DNA from: Anaerolineales bacterium
Lineage (GTDB): Bacteria > Chloroflexota > Anaerolineae > Anaerolineales > RBG-16-64-43
NCBI GenBank assembly: GCA_035288225.1
Contig: DATEAT010000129.1
Coordinates: forward strand, 1,010-65,009
DNA: 64,000 nucleotides
Direction of reading: 5' to 3'
A program made the position numbers and the translations under genes. The first letter of the stretch is position 1, and each line of letters begins with the position of its first letter. Positions 47,088 through 54,246 of this stretch are shown here, one piece after another. A model generated the notes under the pieces. The model did not search any database. It saw only the letters and a program-made list of their open reading frames with translations, and was not told the origin of the DNA.

Positions 47088-47119
47088 CGGGGGGTGAGGT
47101 GGAGCGGCTGTTCCGCAAC

Positions 47120-47689
47120 CTAATCCACCGACACCAGATCGCGTATCTTCTCGAGCAGCGAAGGCCCAATTCCCGAGACGCGCAGCAGATCCTCCACCCG
47201 GACAAATGGTCCGTGACGTTCGCGTTCATCGATGATGCGCTGAGCGAGGGTCGGGCCGATGCCGGGGAGGGTGTCCAATTCGGCCAAGCTGGCGGCGTTA
47301 ACGTTGACCCGGTGATTGGGGGCTGGCGCTGTGGCGGCGGGCAGGGCCCCGGGCATGGGGGTAGGCACGGCGGTAGGGCGAAAGCGGACGCTCACCTCAT
47401 CGCCCGCGCTGAGCGGCGCGGCCAGGTTGAGGTCCTCCAGGTCGGCCTGCGGCAACACGCCGCCGGCGGCCTGCAGTGCATGCTCGACCAAGCTTCCGGC
47501 GGGAAGGTGAAACACACCCGTGGCGCGCACCGCGCCGCGCACGAACACTTGTATGCCGGGAGGATCCGGCGGCGGGAGGAGTTCGACCGGGCGCCCAGGG
47601 CTGCCGCGGGCCAGAATGAGGATGACAGCCGAAGCGATCAGCCCTGTGATCAGGCCGAAGAGGAACAAACGCCAGCCGGCCATGTCCAC
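47120..47689 (-). CDS. comEA: ComEA family DNA-binding protein (SLBB plus tandem helix-hairpin-helix)
   Basis: N-terminal TM helix. GIQVFVRGAVRATGVFHLPAGS (SLBB-like). VNVNAASLAELDTLPGIGPTLAQRII...LLRVSGIGPSLLEKI. Confidence 0.85.
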   Translation of the reverse strand: MDMAGWRLFLFGLITGLIASAVILILARGSPGRPVELLPPPDPPGIQVFVRGAVRATGVFHLPAGSLVEHALQAAGGVLPQADLEDLNLAAPLSAGDEVSVRFRPTAVPTPMPGALPAATAPAPNHRVNVNAASLAELDTLPGIGPTLAQRIIDERERHGPFVRVEDLLRVSGIGPSLLEKIRDLVSVD

Positions 47690-47787
47690 CCCCTGGGGCC
47701 GCGCGCGACGAACGCCGCGTGCAGGCCCGCTGGTATAATGGCGCGTCGTCCCTACTATTCTACATCCATCATAGGGCGGAGCGGCAA

Positions 47788-48501
47788 GTGACCGGCACCC
47801 TCATCAACGTGGCATTGATTGTCGTGGGGAGTGTCTTGGGGCTGCTCATCGGTACGCGTTTGCCCGAGCGGCTGCGCTCCACGCTGATGGCAGGCATGGG
47901 CCTCTTCACCCTCGGCCTCGGCCTGCAGCAGTTCCTCAAGACTGCCAACCCGATCCTGGTCCTGGTGAGCATCGTCCTCGGCAGCTTGCTCGGCGAGGCC
48001 GCGCGGCTGGAAGACAGGCTGCAAGGCCTCGGCGCGTGGCTGGAGGTGCGCCTCGCGCGCGACTCGGTGGGCGCCTCTTCTCGCTTCGTGCAGGGGTTTC
48101 TGACGGCCAGCCTGCTTTATTGCGTCGGACCGTTGGCCATCCTCGGATCCATCCAGGACGGCCTGACCGGGGACTTCCGCCTGCTGGCAACCAAAGGCGT
48201 GATGGACGGCATCGCCTCGCTGACGCTGGCCTCGACGCTCGGGGTGGGAGTGATGCTTTCCTCGCTGCCGCTCTTCATCTACCAGGGTGCGCTGACGCTG
48301 CTGGCCGGCTGGGCGCAGGCGGCGCTGACGCCGGCGATGATCGCCGAACTTACCGCCACCGGCGGGGTAATGATGATGGGCATTGCCCTCAATTTGCTCG
48401 AAGTGCGCCGCGTGCGCGTGGGCAACATGCTTCCGGCATTGGTCATTGCGCCGCTCCTCGTTTGGCTGATCGCGTGTCTCGGTTTCCCGATCGCGTTCTG
48501 A
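47788..48501 (+). CDS. DUF554 family membrane protein (YdfK/YqgA-like)
   Basis: GTG 47788. (M)TGTLINVALIVVGSVLGLLIG.RLPERL...LYCVGPLAILGSIQDGLTGDF.LLATKGVMDG...GGVMMMGIALNLL matches the DUF554 pattern closely. Confidence 0.85.
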   Translation: MTGTLINVALIVVGSVLGLLIGTRLPERLRSTLMAGMGLFTLGLGLQQFLKTANPILVLVSIVLGSLLGEAARLEDRLQGLGAWLEVRLARDSVGASSRFVQGFLTASLLYCVGPLAILGSIQDGLTGDFRLLATKGVMDGIASLTLASTLGVGVMLSSLPLFIYQGALTLLAGWAQAALTPAMIAELTATGGVMMMGIALNLLEVRRVRVGNMLPALVIAPLLVWLIACLGFPIAF

Positions 48502-48522
48502 GACACCGTCCCCATAGAATGA

Positions 48523-48553
48523 CACAAGCGGGCTGCAGAGCAGCCCGCTTGTG
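48523..48553. terminator. Hairpin terminator between convergent DUF554 and DsbA-like genes
   Basis: Perfect 13-bp stem CACAAGCGGGCTG / CAGCCCGCTTGTG with loop CAGAG. Confidence 0.6.
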
Positions 48554-48577
48554 ATTCGTGACCCGGCCAGCGGTGCA

Positions 48578-49279
48578 CTAACTGCCGATTTTCGCCAGTT
48601 CGGCCTCGATGACCTTCTGGAACTCCGAGAAGGGCAGGGCGCCCTGGACGAGCTGCCCATTGATGATGAAGGAGGGCGTGGAGGCGACACCCACCGATTG
48701 CCCGCGCGCCTTGTCCTGGTTGATCTGGTCGTCGTAACGCCCTGAACTCAGGCACGAGCGGAACTTACCCTCATCCAGCCCGAGCATCTCGGCGAAGGCC
48801 AGCAACCGCCTGTCGATGTAGTCGCCCACGTTCTCGCCGGTGTGATTGGCGAACAGCATGTCGTGATAATCCCAGAAGCGTTCCTGTTCGGCGGCGCACA
48901 TCGAAGCCCGTGCCGCGCCCATCGATTCGGGCCCAATGATCACGAAGTTGCGGTAGATGAAGCGGACTTTCCCGGTGGCCACGTACTGTTCGGTGATCTG
49001 ACGCCCCGCGTCAGCGGCGAAATCGCCACAGTACGGTCATTGAAAGTCGGAGAATTCTTCCATCACTACGGGTGCATTGGGGTCCCCCATTTCGCGGCCG
49101 CTGGCCATGGGGACGGCTTCGGGAGTGATCGCGACGATAGCGCCCACCGGGCGCGTGTTTTGCCAGATGATAAATGCTGCCACCAGCACTGCCAGGCCGC
49201 CGACAATGGCCAAGAATGAAAGCTGCCGCCGGCGCGCCGAACGGCGGCGTCGATCGCGCATTTCTTCGCGCTTTGACAT
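48578..49279 (-). CDS. Membrane-anchored DsbA/BdbD-like thiol:disulfide oxidoreductase with an in-frame TGA (49037-49039) at the first Cys of CXXC: candidate selenoprotein, alternatively a nonsense pseudogene
   Basis: Track ORFs 49037..49279 and 48578..48982 share one frame and are separated by a single TGA. Read-through gives ...GDPNAPVVMEEFSDFQ-U-PYCGDFAADAGRQITEQYVATGKVRFIYRNF... plus a DsbA-type helical insert and the C-terminal GVASTPSFIING. RBS GGAGG before ATG 49279. N-terminal TM helix. Confidence 0.65.
48992..49036 (-). promoter_or_regulatory. SECIS-like stem-loop immediately downstream of the in-frame UGA
   Basis: mRNA: UGA-CCGUACUGUGGCGAUUUCGCCG-CUGACGC-GGG-GCGUCAG-AUCACC. The 7-bp stem is perfect (plus strand 48998-49014) and the G-rich apical loop lies about 29 nt after UGA. 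A possible lower stem GGCGAU/AUCACC has one mismatch. Confidence 0.45.
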
Positions 49280-49413
49280 GAGACCTCCAGGAACCGGATT
49301 GGGCCGAGTCTGCCATAAACGACGCGGTCTGTCCAGGTCCGAGCCTGAGGTCCTGACCGCATTCAGTTGTGAATTGGCTGGGGAGGGTACGTACGGCAGC
49401 CGCAGCCGCGGCC

Positions 49414-50301
49414 TCAGACGCGTGCCAGCGGCGTAGAAGGCTCCAGGTTCAAGGAGTAAACCGCCACCGGACGGCCTCTGCCCCCGAAGCCGAGCGCCTC
49501 ATACAGCTTGAGCGAGGCGTAATTCTCGATTTGGGTGTTGACCGTGAGGTGACCCGCGGCCTGCCGGTCCGCCTGATGCAGCAAGTGAAGGGTCATCGCG
49601 CGCCCTATGCCCTTGCGCTGCCAGCCCGGGGCGGTTGCGAGACGCGCCAAGTGCAGCCGCCCCTGAGACTGCGTGGCGAGCAGGTAACCGGCGGCCTCTG
49701 CCTGGTGGAGGGCAAGGGCGGTCACAGCCGATGCATGGAATGTCGTTTCGAGCGCCTCACGGTCCATCTGCCATGGTGGCGTGAAGGCAAGGTTATCGAG
49801 CGCGAGCACGGCGGGGAGATCCGCGGCCCGCATCTCGCGCAGCACTACAGCCGGCGGTGTATCCGGCGGGGTATCCGGCGGGTCAGCCCGCTCGCCGAGG
49901 TAAGTCAGCGTGACGACCTCGCTCGATTGCTGGAAACCCGCAGCAAGCAAGATGGCGGCGAACGAGGCCTCGCTTGTCATGGCCCATACGCGGCGCACGC
50001 CGAGGTCGATCAGAGCCTGGCGCGCAGCCTCCCACAACGCCTGCCAAGAGGCCTGCGGTGCATGTCCCTTGCCGCAGGCAAATGCCTGCACCCATGCCAC
50101 CCCCAGGCCATCCGGCGCCGTCACGAGCGCGGCGTGCGTGCGCCCGTGGCGGTCGGCTAGCTGCAGCGACACCGGCCGGCCGACCCAGCGCGCAGGGTTG
50201 AGCCAACCGACGTGGATGTGAGCTAACGGGGCGTGATCGATCCACCAGGCGAGCGAGTCGCGCTCCGCCGCAAGAATTGGCTGAAGATGCAGGCCGGGCA
50301 T
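49414..50301 (-). CDS. GNAT family N-acetyltransferase (two GNAT-like halves)
   Basis: The C-terminal half carries RLATAPGWQRKGIGRAMTLHLL...NYASLKLYEALGF (acetyl-CoA motif A). The N-terminal half is a more degenerate GNAT fold. Confidence 0.8.
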   Translation of the reverse strand: MPGLHLQPILAAERDSLAWWIDHAPLAHIHVGWLNPARWVGRPVSLQLADRHGRTHAALVTAPDGLGVAWVQAFACGKGHAPQASWQALWEAARQALIDLGVRRVWAMTSEASFAAILLAAGFQQSSEVVTLTYLGERADPPDTPPDTPPAVVLREMRAADLPAVLALDNLAFTPPWQMDREALETTFHASAVTALALHQAEAAGYLLATQSQGRLHLARLATAPGWQRKGIGRAMTLHLLHQADRQAAGHLTVNTQIENYASLKLYEALGFGGRGRPVAVYSLNLEPSTPLARV

Positions 50302-50305
50302 GGGG

Positions 50306-50980
50306 CTAAAGGGTAATCTCGAGCAGGCCCTCGGCGATACTGCGCAGCCGTTCAGCCGAGAGCTGGCTCATACGCATCGCCAGGCGCAGGTACGGCTCGT
50401 TGACCGGTTGGGTGACGAAATCGCGCACGTCCGGCGCCATGCGGCCGAATTGGTCGAACGCATCGAGCAACGACACGCGCTCGCCCACCGGCCCGCTGGC
50501 AATGAAGAAGGATTGCAGGGTCGCACCGAGGGCGGCGGCCAAATCCTCGAGCAACGGGATGGGGACGGGCTGCCGGCCGGTTTCGAAGGCAGCCAGGCGT
50601 GAGGTGCCCAGGCCGGCTGCGGTCGCGAGGTCGTCGCGGGTCTTGCCCAGCTTCTTCCGCATGTCCACCAGGCGAGTGCCCACCATGCGCTGGCGCAGCG
50701 CGATCAACTGAACGAAATCATCGCGCGCCGGACGAGAGGCAGCCTCGGACGAGCGGGTGCCGAGCAGTGTGCTCAGCGGCTGGTCGATCAGATAGGCCAG
50801 CACCTCGAGTTCGGGGAGAGATATCGGTCGGGCGCCTGTTTCGTACGTCCTCAGACGGGCCGGAGAGACGCCCATAGCCTGGGCGCATTGGCGCCTGGTC
50901 TTGCCGCAGGCTTCGCGCGCCTCCTGCAGCCTAATGCCCAGCATCTTGCCTCGTAGCTCGAGGGATTTTTGGGTTGGCAT
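50306..50980 (-). CDS. Protein with two tandem XRE-type helix-turn-helix domains
   Basis: HTH 1: LGIRLQEAREACGKTRRQCAQAMGVSPARLRTYETGARPISLPELEVLA. HTH 2: VGTRLVDMRKKLGKTRDDLATAAGLGTSRLAAFETGRQPVPIPLLEDLA. ATG 50980 preferred to TTG 50986. Confidence 0.8.
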   Translation of the reverse strand: MPTQKSLELRGKMLGIRLQEAREACGKTRRQCAQAMGVSPARLRTYETGARPISLPELEVLAYLIDQPLSTLLGTRSSEAASRPARDDFVQLIALRQRMVGTRLVDMRKKLGKTRDDLATAAGLGTSRLAAFETGRQPVPIPLLEDLAAALGATLQSFFIASGPVGERVSLLDAFDQFGRMAPDVRDFVTQPVNEPYLRLAMRMSQLSAERLRSIAEGLLEITL

Positions 50981-51213
50981 GTGCAATTCTCGGGTGCCGA
51001 TGATTATAGCCCAGCCATCGCGGCCCGTGCCACCTGCGAAGGCCCAGGCTCTGCCGTGCCGATGCCCGGCGGCGAATCGATGCTCACCTGCCTGACGCTA
51101 CTCCTCATGCCGAGTGCCCAGGGAACGGAGGCCGCGCCATCGAACGCGGCTCGCCAACAGGTTATGGTCACCAATCGACCTGGGCCCCGCAACCACCTGC
51201 GGGGCGCCACCCG

Positions 51214-52530
51214 CTACCGCATTCGGGTTGAGATGGTATCGCCCTGGCTGCCGAGGACGACCGGCAGCCGGTAGCCAACGGATTCAAGGCGAGCCGCAAA
51301 GAACGGCCGCTGCCCGGTGGGCCGCAGTTGGCCGGTCACCTTACCTTGCGGGTTCAGGCCCTCTTCAATGAAGCGGAAGACATCCGCATGGACGATTGCC
51401 TCGCCCTCCATGCCGGCGATTTCGGTGATGCCCGAGAGCTTTCGCGTTCCATCGCGCAAGCGAGCGATCTGCACGACCATATCCACCGCCGTGGTGATCT
51501 GCTCGCGGATAACGCGCGCGGGGATCGTTCCGCCGGCCATCTGGCACAAGGTCTCTAAGCGCGCGGTGGCCTCGCGCGGGGTGTTGGCTTGCAGAGCGAA
51601 CAGGCAGCCCTCGTGGCCGGTGTTCATCGCCTCCAGCAGGTCGATCGCTCCGGGGCCGCGCAATTCGCCGACCACGATCCGGTCCGGGTGCATGCGCAGC
51701 GCATTGCGGATCAAGTCACTCAAAGTGATTGCGCCGCGGCCTTCCGCGTTGGGCAGCCGCCCCTCCAAACGCAACAGGTGCGGGTGGTTGATTTGCAGCT
51801 CGCTGGTTTCTTCGATCGCGAGAATTCGGTCGGAACCGGGTGCGCAGGCGGCGAGCGCGCTGAGCAGAGTTGTCTTGCCGGAACCGGGACCGCCGGCCAC
51901 CAGGATACTGAGGCGTGCCATGACGCACGCACGCAAAAACTCCGCCATGTTTTGGGTGAGCGTGCCGAGCGCCACCAGATTGTCGAGGGTCAGCCGTTCG
52001 CGCGGCAACTTGCGGATGACCAGGGAAGGTCCATCCACGGCGGCCGGCGGCACGGCCACGTTGATATGGGAGCCATCTGCCAGGCGAGCTTCGACCAACG
52101 GGTTGGACGCGTCGGCGTGCAGGCCGATCGAGTAGAGAAGGCGGTCAATCAGAACCTGAATGTAGTCGGCGCGTTCGAACGAAATCGGCTGCATCTCCAG
52201 CCGTCCCTTGCGCTCGACAAAGACGGTGCCCGGGCTGTTGACCAGGATTTCGTTGACGCCCGGGTCCTCCATGAGCGGCTGCAACGGCCCCAGGCCGAAC
52301 AGCCTCATCATCACCCGCCCAAAGAGTTCCTCACGCCGGGTTTCGCTCAGGTTCAGGCGAGTTTGGGTGTAAGCCTGGGCCAGAATATCGCGCGCGCCCA
52401 GTTCGCGCGCGTAACCGGGGCCGGTTTTCGGATCCTGATTGGCCTGCACCTGCTCATGCAGCCAGGTTTCGAGGCGCGCGATTTCCTCGAGGCTGAGAGA
52501 GGCGCTGGCCGGGGTGGGTCGCGAGGTCAT
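51214..52530 (-). CDS. cpaF: CpaF/TadA-type type II/IV secretion system ATPase
   Basis: GVNEILVNSPGTVFVERKGRLE, Walker A ILVAGGPGSGKTTLLSAL, Asp box AIEETSEL, Walker B/His box DRIVVGELRG...AMNTGHEG. ATG overlaps the stop of the upstream small gene (ATGA). Confidence 0.9.
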   Translation of the reverse strand: MTSRPTPASASLSLEEIARLETWLHEQVQANQDPKTGPGYARELGARDILAQAYTQTRLNLSETRREELFGRVMMRLFGLGPLQPLMEDPGVNEILVNSPGTVFVERKGRLEMQPISFERADYIQVLIDRLLYSIGLHADASNPLVEARLADGSHINVAVPPAAVDGPSLVIRKLPRERLTLDNLVALGTLTQNMAEFLRACVMARLSILVAGGPGSGKTTLLSALAACAPGSDRILAIEETSELQINHPHLLRLEGRLPNAEGRGAITLSDLIRNALRMHPDRIVVGELRGPGAIDLLEAMNTGHEGCLFALQANTPREATARLETLCQMAGGTIPARVIREQITTAVDMVVQIARLRDGTRKLSGITEIAGMEGEAIVHADVFRFIEEGLNPQGKVTGQLRPTGQRPFFAARLESVGYRLPVVLGSQGDTISTRMR

Positions 52531-52826
52531 GGCCTGGTAGCCTCCTCGGAGCTGCTCTCGGAGGGGGCCAACCAGATGATGTGCTTCTTGTTGATGGAGA
52601 TGAAGGGGGTGCGGTCCACCTCGCGCCCGTCGTTGCCGAGCAAGCGCGCATCCGTCACGGCCAGGAAGGGTTCATCGCGGTTGAGTTCATCGCTCACCCG
52701 ATCGTCCGGGTGGACGTGCAGGTTGCCCTCGATGAGATGCGTGGGCGTCTGGATCTTGGCCGCCACGGCTCGCTTTTGGACGACGGCGGTGAAGAACTTG
52801 CCTTTCGGGTCGGTGTAGCTGGGCAT
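52527..52826 (-). CDS. Small hypothetical protein (99 aa) coupled to cpaF
   Basis: RBS GGGAGG before ATG 52826. Its stop overlaps the cpaF start. Beta-rich (KFFTAVVQKRAVAAKIQTPTHLIEGNLHVHPDDRVSDELN...FLAVTDARLL...FISINKKHIIWLAP). No family recognised. Confidence 0.6.
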   Translation of the reverse strand: MPSYTDPKGKFFTAVVQKRAVAAKIQTPTHLIEGNLHVHPDDRVSDELNRDEPFLAVTDARLLGNDGREVDRTPFISINKKHIIWLAPSESSSEEATRP

Positions 52827-52853
52827 TCTTGCCTCCCTGGCATGCGCCGTGCG

Positions 52854-54095
52854 TCACGGGCTCGGGCCGCGCGAAGCCGCGGACTGCGCGGCCTGTTCCG
52901 CGCTCGTGGCCGCACCCTCGCCCGGCACATCCGCCGGCAACTTGAACCCGAAGACCGATCCCACGCCCTCTTGGCTGCGCACATCGAACTGCGCACCGTG
53001 GGCTTCGATGATCTGCCGGGCCAGCGCCAGGCCGAGCCCGGTGCCGGCGTAGCGGCGGTTGGCCGATCCGTCGAGCTGGTGGAACGGCTCGAAGATTTCG
53101 CCCAGGCGCGCCTGAGGGATGCCGATGCCGGTATCGGTCACTTCGAAGCGGACGAATGAGGTATCACGCGCGGCGCGGATTGTGACGCGCCCAGGCGGAC
53201 GGGTGAACTTGACCGCGTTGTCGAGCAACTGGGTGAGCACCCACACGATCTTCGGGTGGTCGACGTGCACCTGGGGCAGGTCTTCGGTGATTTCCCGTTC
53301 CACCGCGGCCGCGCCGGGCCCGGCGTGCGCCGATATCTTCTCATAGGCTTCTTGCACCAGATCCGCAGGCGGGACGGGCGACAATTGGAGTGAGATGGCT
53401 CCTTGCGACGCGCCGGCGAACTGAATCAGATCCTCGATGAGCACCTGCAGCCGTTGGGAGGCGCGCTGCATCACCTCCATGGCCTTGGCCTGGTCCGGCG
53501 TCAGCGGCCCGAGGGCCTGGTCGCCGACCAATTCCACGTAACCCACGATGTGCGCCAGCGGGGTGCGCAGCTCGTGCGAGATGTTGGCCACGAAGTTGGC
53601 TTTGAGTTGGTTGAGTTCCGAAAGGCGCTCGAGGGCGCGGGTCAATTCGGCGGTGCGGTCGCGGACGCGTCCTTCGAGGGTCAGGTTGGCGGCTTGCAGC
53701 GCACGTTGCAGCTGAGCGATCTGACGGGCCACGACTCGATCCAGATCGCCGGGGCTCAGCAGCCCTTGCTCGAGCAGCACCTCCCCCAGGCGGCGCGACG
53801 CCCCGCGCGCTGCCGCATCGCTTTGCGCGGCAAGAGCATGCTCAAGTTGCTCGGGGCTGAGCAGACCTTCTTGAATGAGCGCATCGCCCAGGCGGGGAAC
53901 AAGCTCCTCGGCGCTGGAGGGCGAGGCAGGCGGCGGCGTCACCACCTCGCTGAGCCGCCGGCGGAAAATCAGGTCGGCTGCCAGCAACAGGTCAACGCCG
54001 CATTCGGGGCAGTTGCGCTGCCCGAACGGGACGGACGACCCGCAGTGCGGACAGCGCAGGTCGGAGTCGGGCGGAGGGAGGTCGGGAGGTGTCAT
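52854..54095 (-). CDS. Soluble sensor histidine kinase with an N-terminal zinc ribbon and tandem T2SSE_N/MshEN-type motifs
   Basis: CPHCGSSVPFGQRNCPECG. RLGDALIQEGLLSPEQLEHALAAQ and RLGEVLLEQGLLSPGDLDRVVARQ. Coiled coil. HisKA H-box ISHELRTPL. HATPase N, G1 (DTGIGI) and G2 (GTGLGLA) boxes. ATG 54095 chosen as start; the track ORF extends to 54425. Confidence 0.85.
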   Translation of the reverse strand: MTPPDLPPPDSDLRCPHCGSSVPFGQRNCPECGVDLLLAADLIFRRRLSEVVTPPPASPSSAEELVPRLGDALIQEGLLSPEQLEHALAAQSDAAARGASRRLGEVLLEQGLLSPGDLDRVVARQIAQLQRALQAANLTLEGRVRDRTAELTRALERLSELNQLKANFVANISHELRTPLAHIVGYVELVGDQALGPLTPDQAKAMEVMQRASQRLQVLIEDLIQFAGASQGAISLQLSPVPPADLVQEAYEKISAHAGPGAAAVEREITEDLPQVHVDHPKIVWVLTQLLDNAVKFTRPPGRVTIRAARDTSFVRFEVTDTGIGIPQARLGEIFEPFHQLDGSANRRYAGTGLGLALARQIIEAHGAQFDVRSQEGVGSVFGFKLPADVPGEGAATSAEQAAQSAASRGPSP

Positions 54096-54161
54096 GCGAG
54101 TAATCGGACGCACGGATGATATTCCGGATGCATCGATTGTGCAAGCTTGGCTGGCCACGGC

Positions 54162-54189
54162 TTGCGCCGGAGTTCTCACGCGGTATAAT
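54162..54189 (+). promoter_or_regulatory. Sigma70-like promoter (TTGCGC-16 nt-TATAAT) for the divergent unknown gene pair
   Basis: TTGCGC at 54162-54167, a 16-nt spacer, TATAAT at 54184-54189. It lies about 57 nt upstream of the GTG 54247 start, which is preceded by GAGGA. Confidence 0.5.
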
Positions 54190-54246
54190 GAGCCCCTCAT
54201 TGATAGGCCAAATGAGCCAACGCCGGACCATTGCCTCGAGGATCTT

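Noticed and set aside
48578-49279. The DsbA-like gene could be a simple nonsense pseudogene, or two separate small genes as in the ORF track.
   Set aside because: Not fully excluded and kept as the alternative. It is disfavoured for four reasons:
- The only lesion is a TGA at exactly the catalytic Cys codon.
- The frame is otherwise intact over 233 codons with a good RBS.
- A stable hairpin sits at SECIS distance.
- The downstream half would lack both a membrane anchor and the active site if translated alone.
53875-54246. Earlier starts for the large unknown gene: the track start at 53875, or ATG 54094, which forms CATG with the kinase start codon.
   Set aside because: These starts would make the two divergent genes overlap or abut with no room for promoters. 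A TTGCGC-16-TATAAT promoter at 54162-54189 and a GAGGA RBS before GTG 54247 fit a downstream start. This remains unverified.
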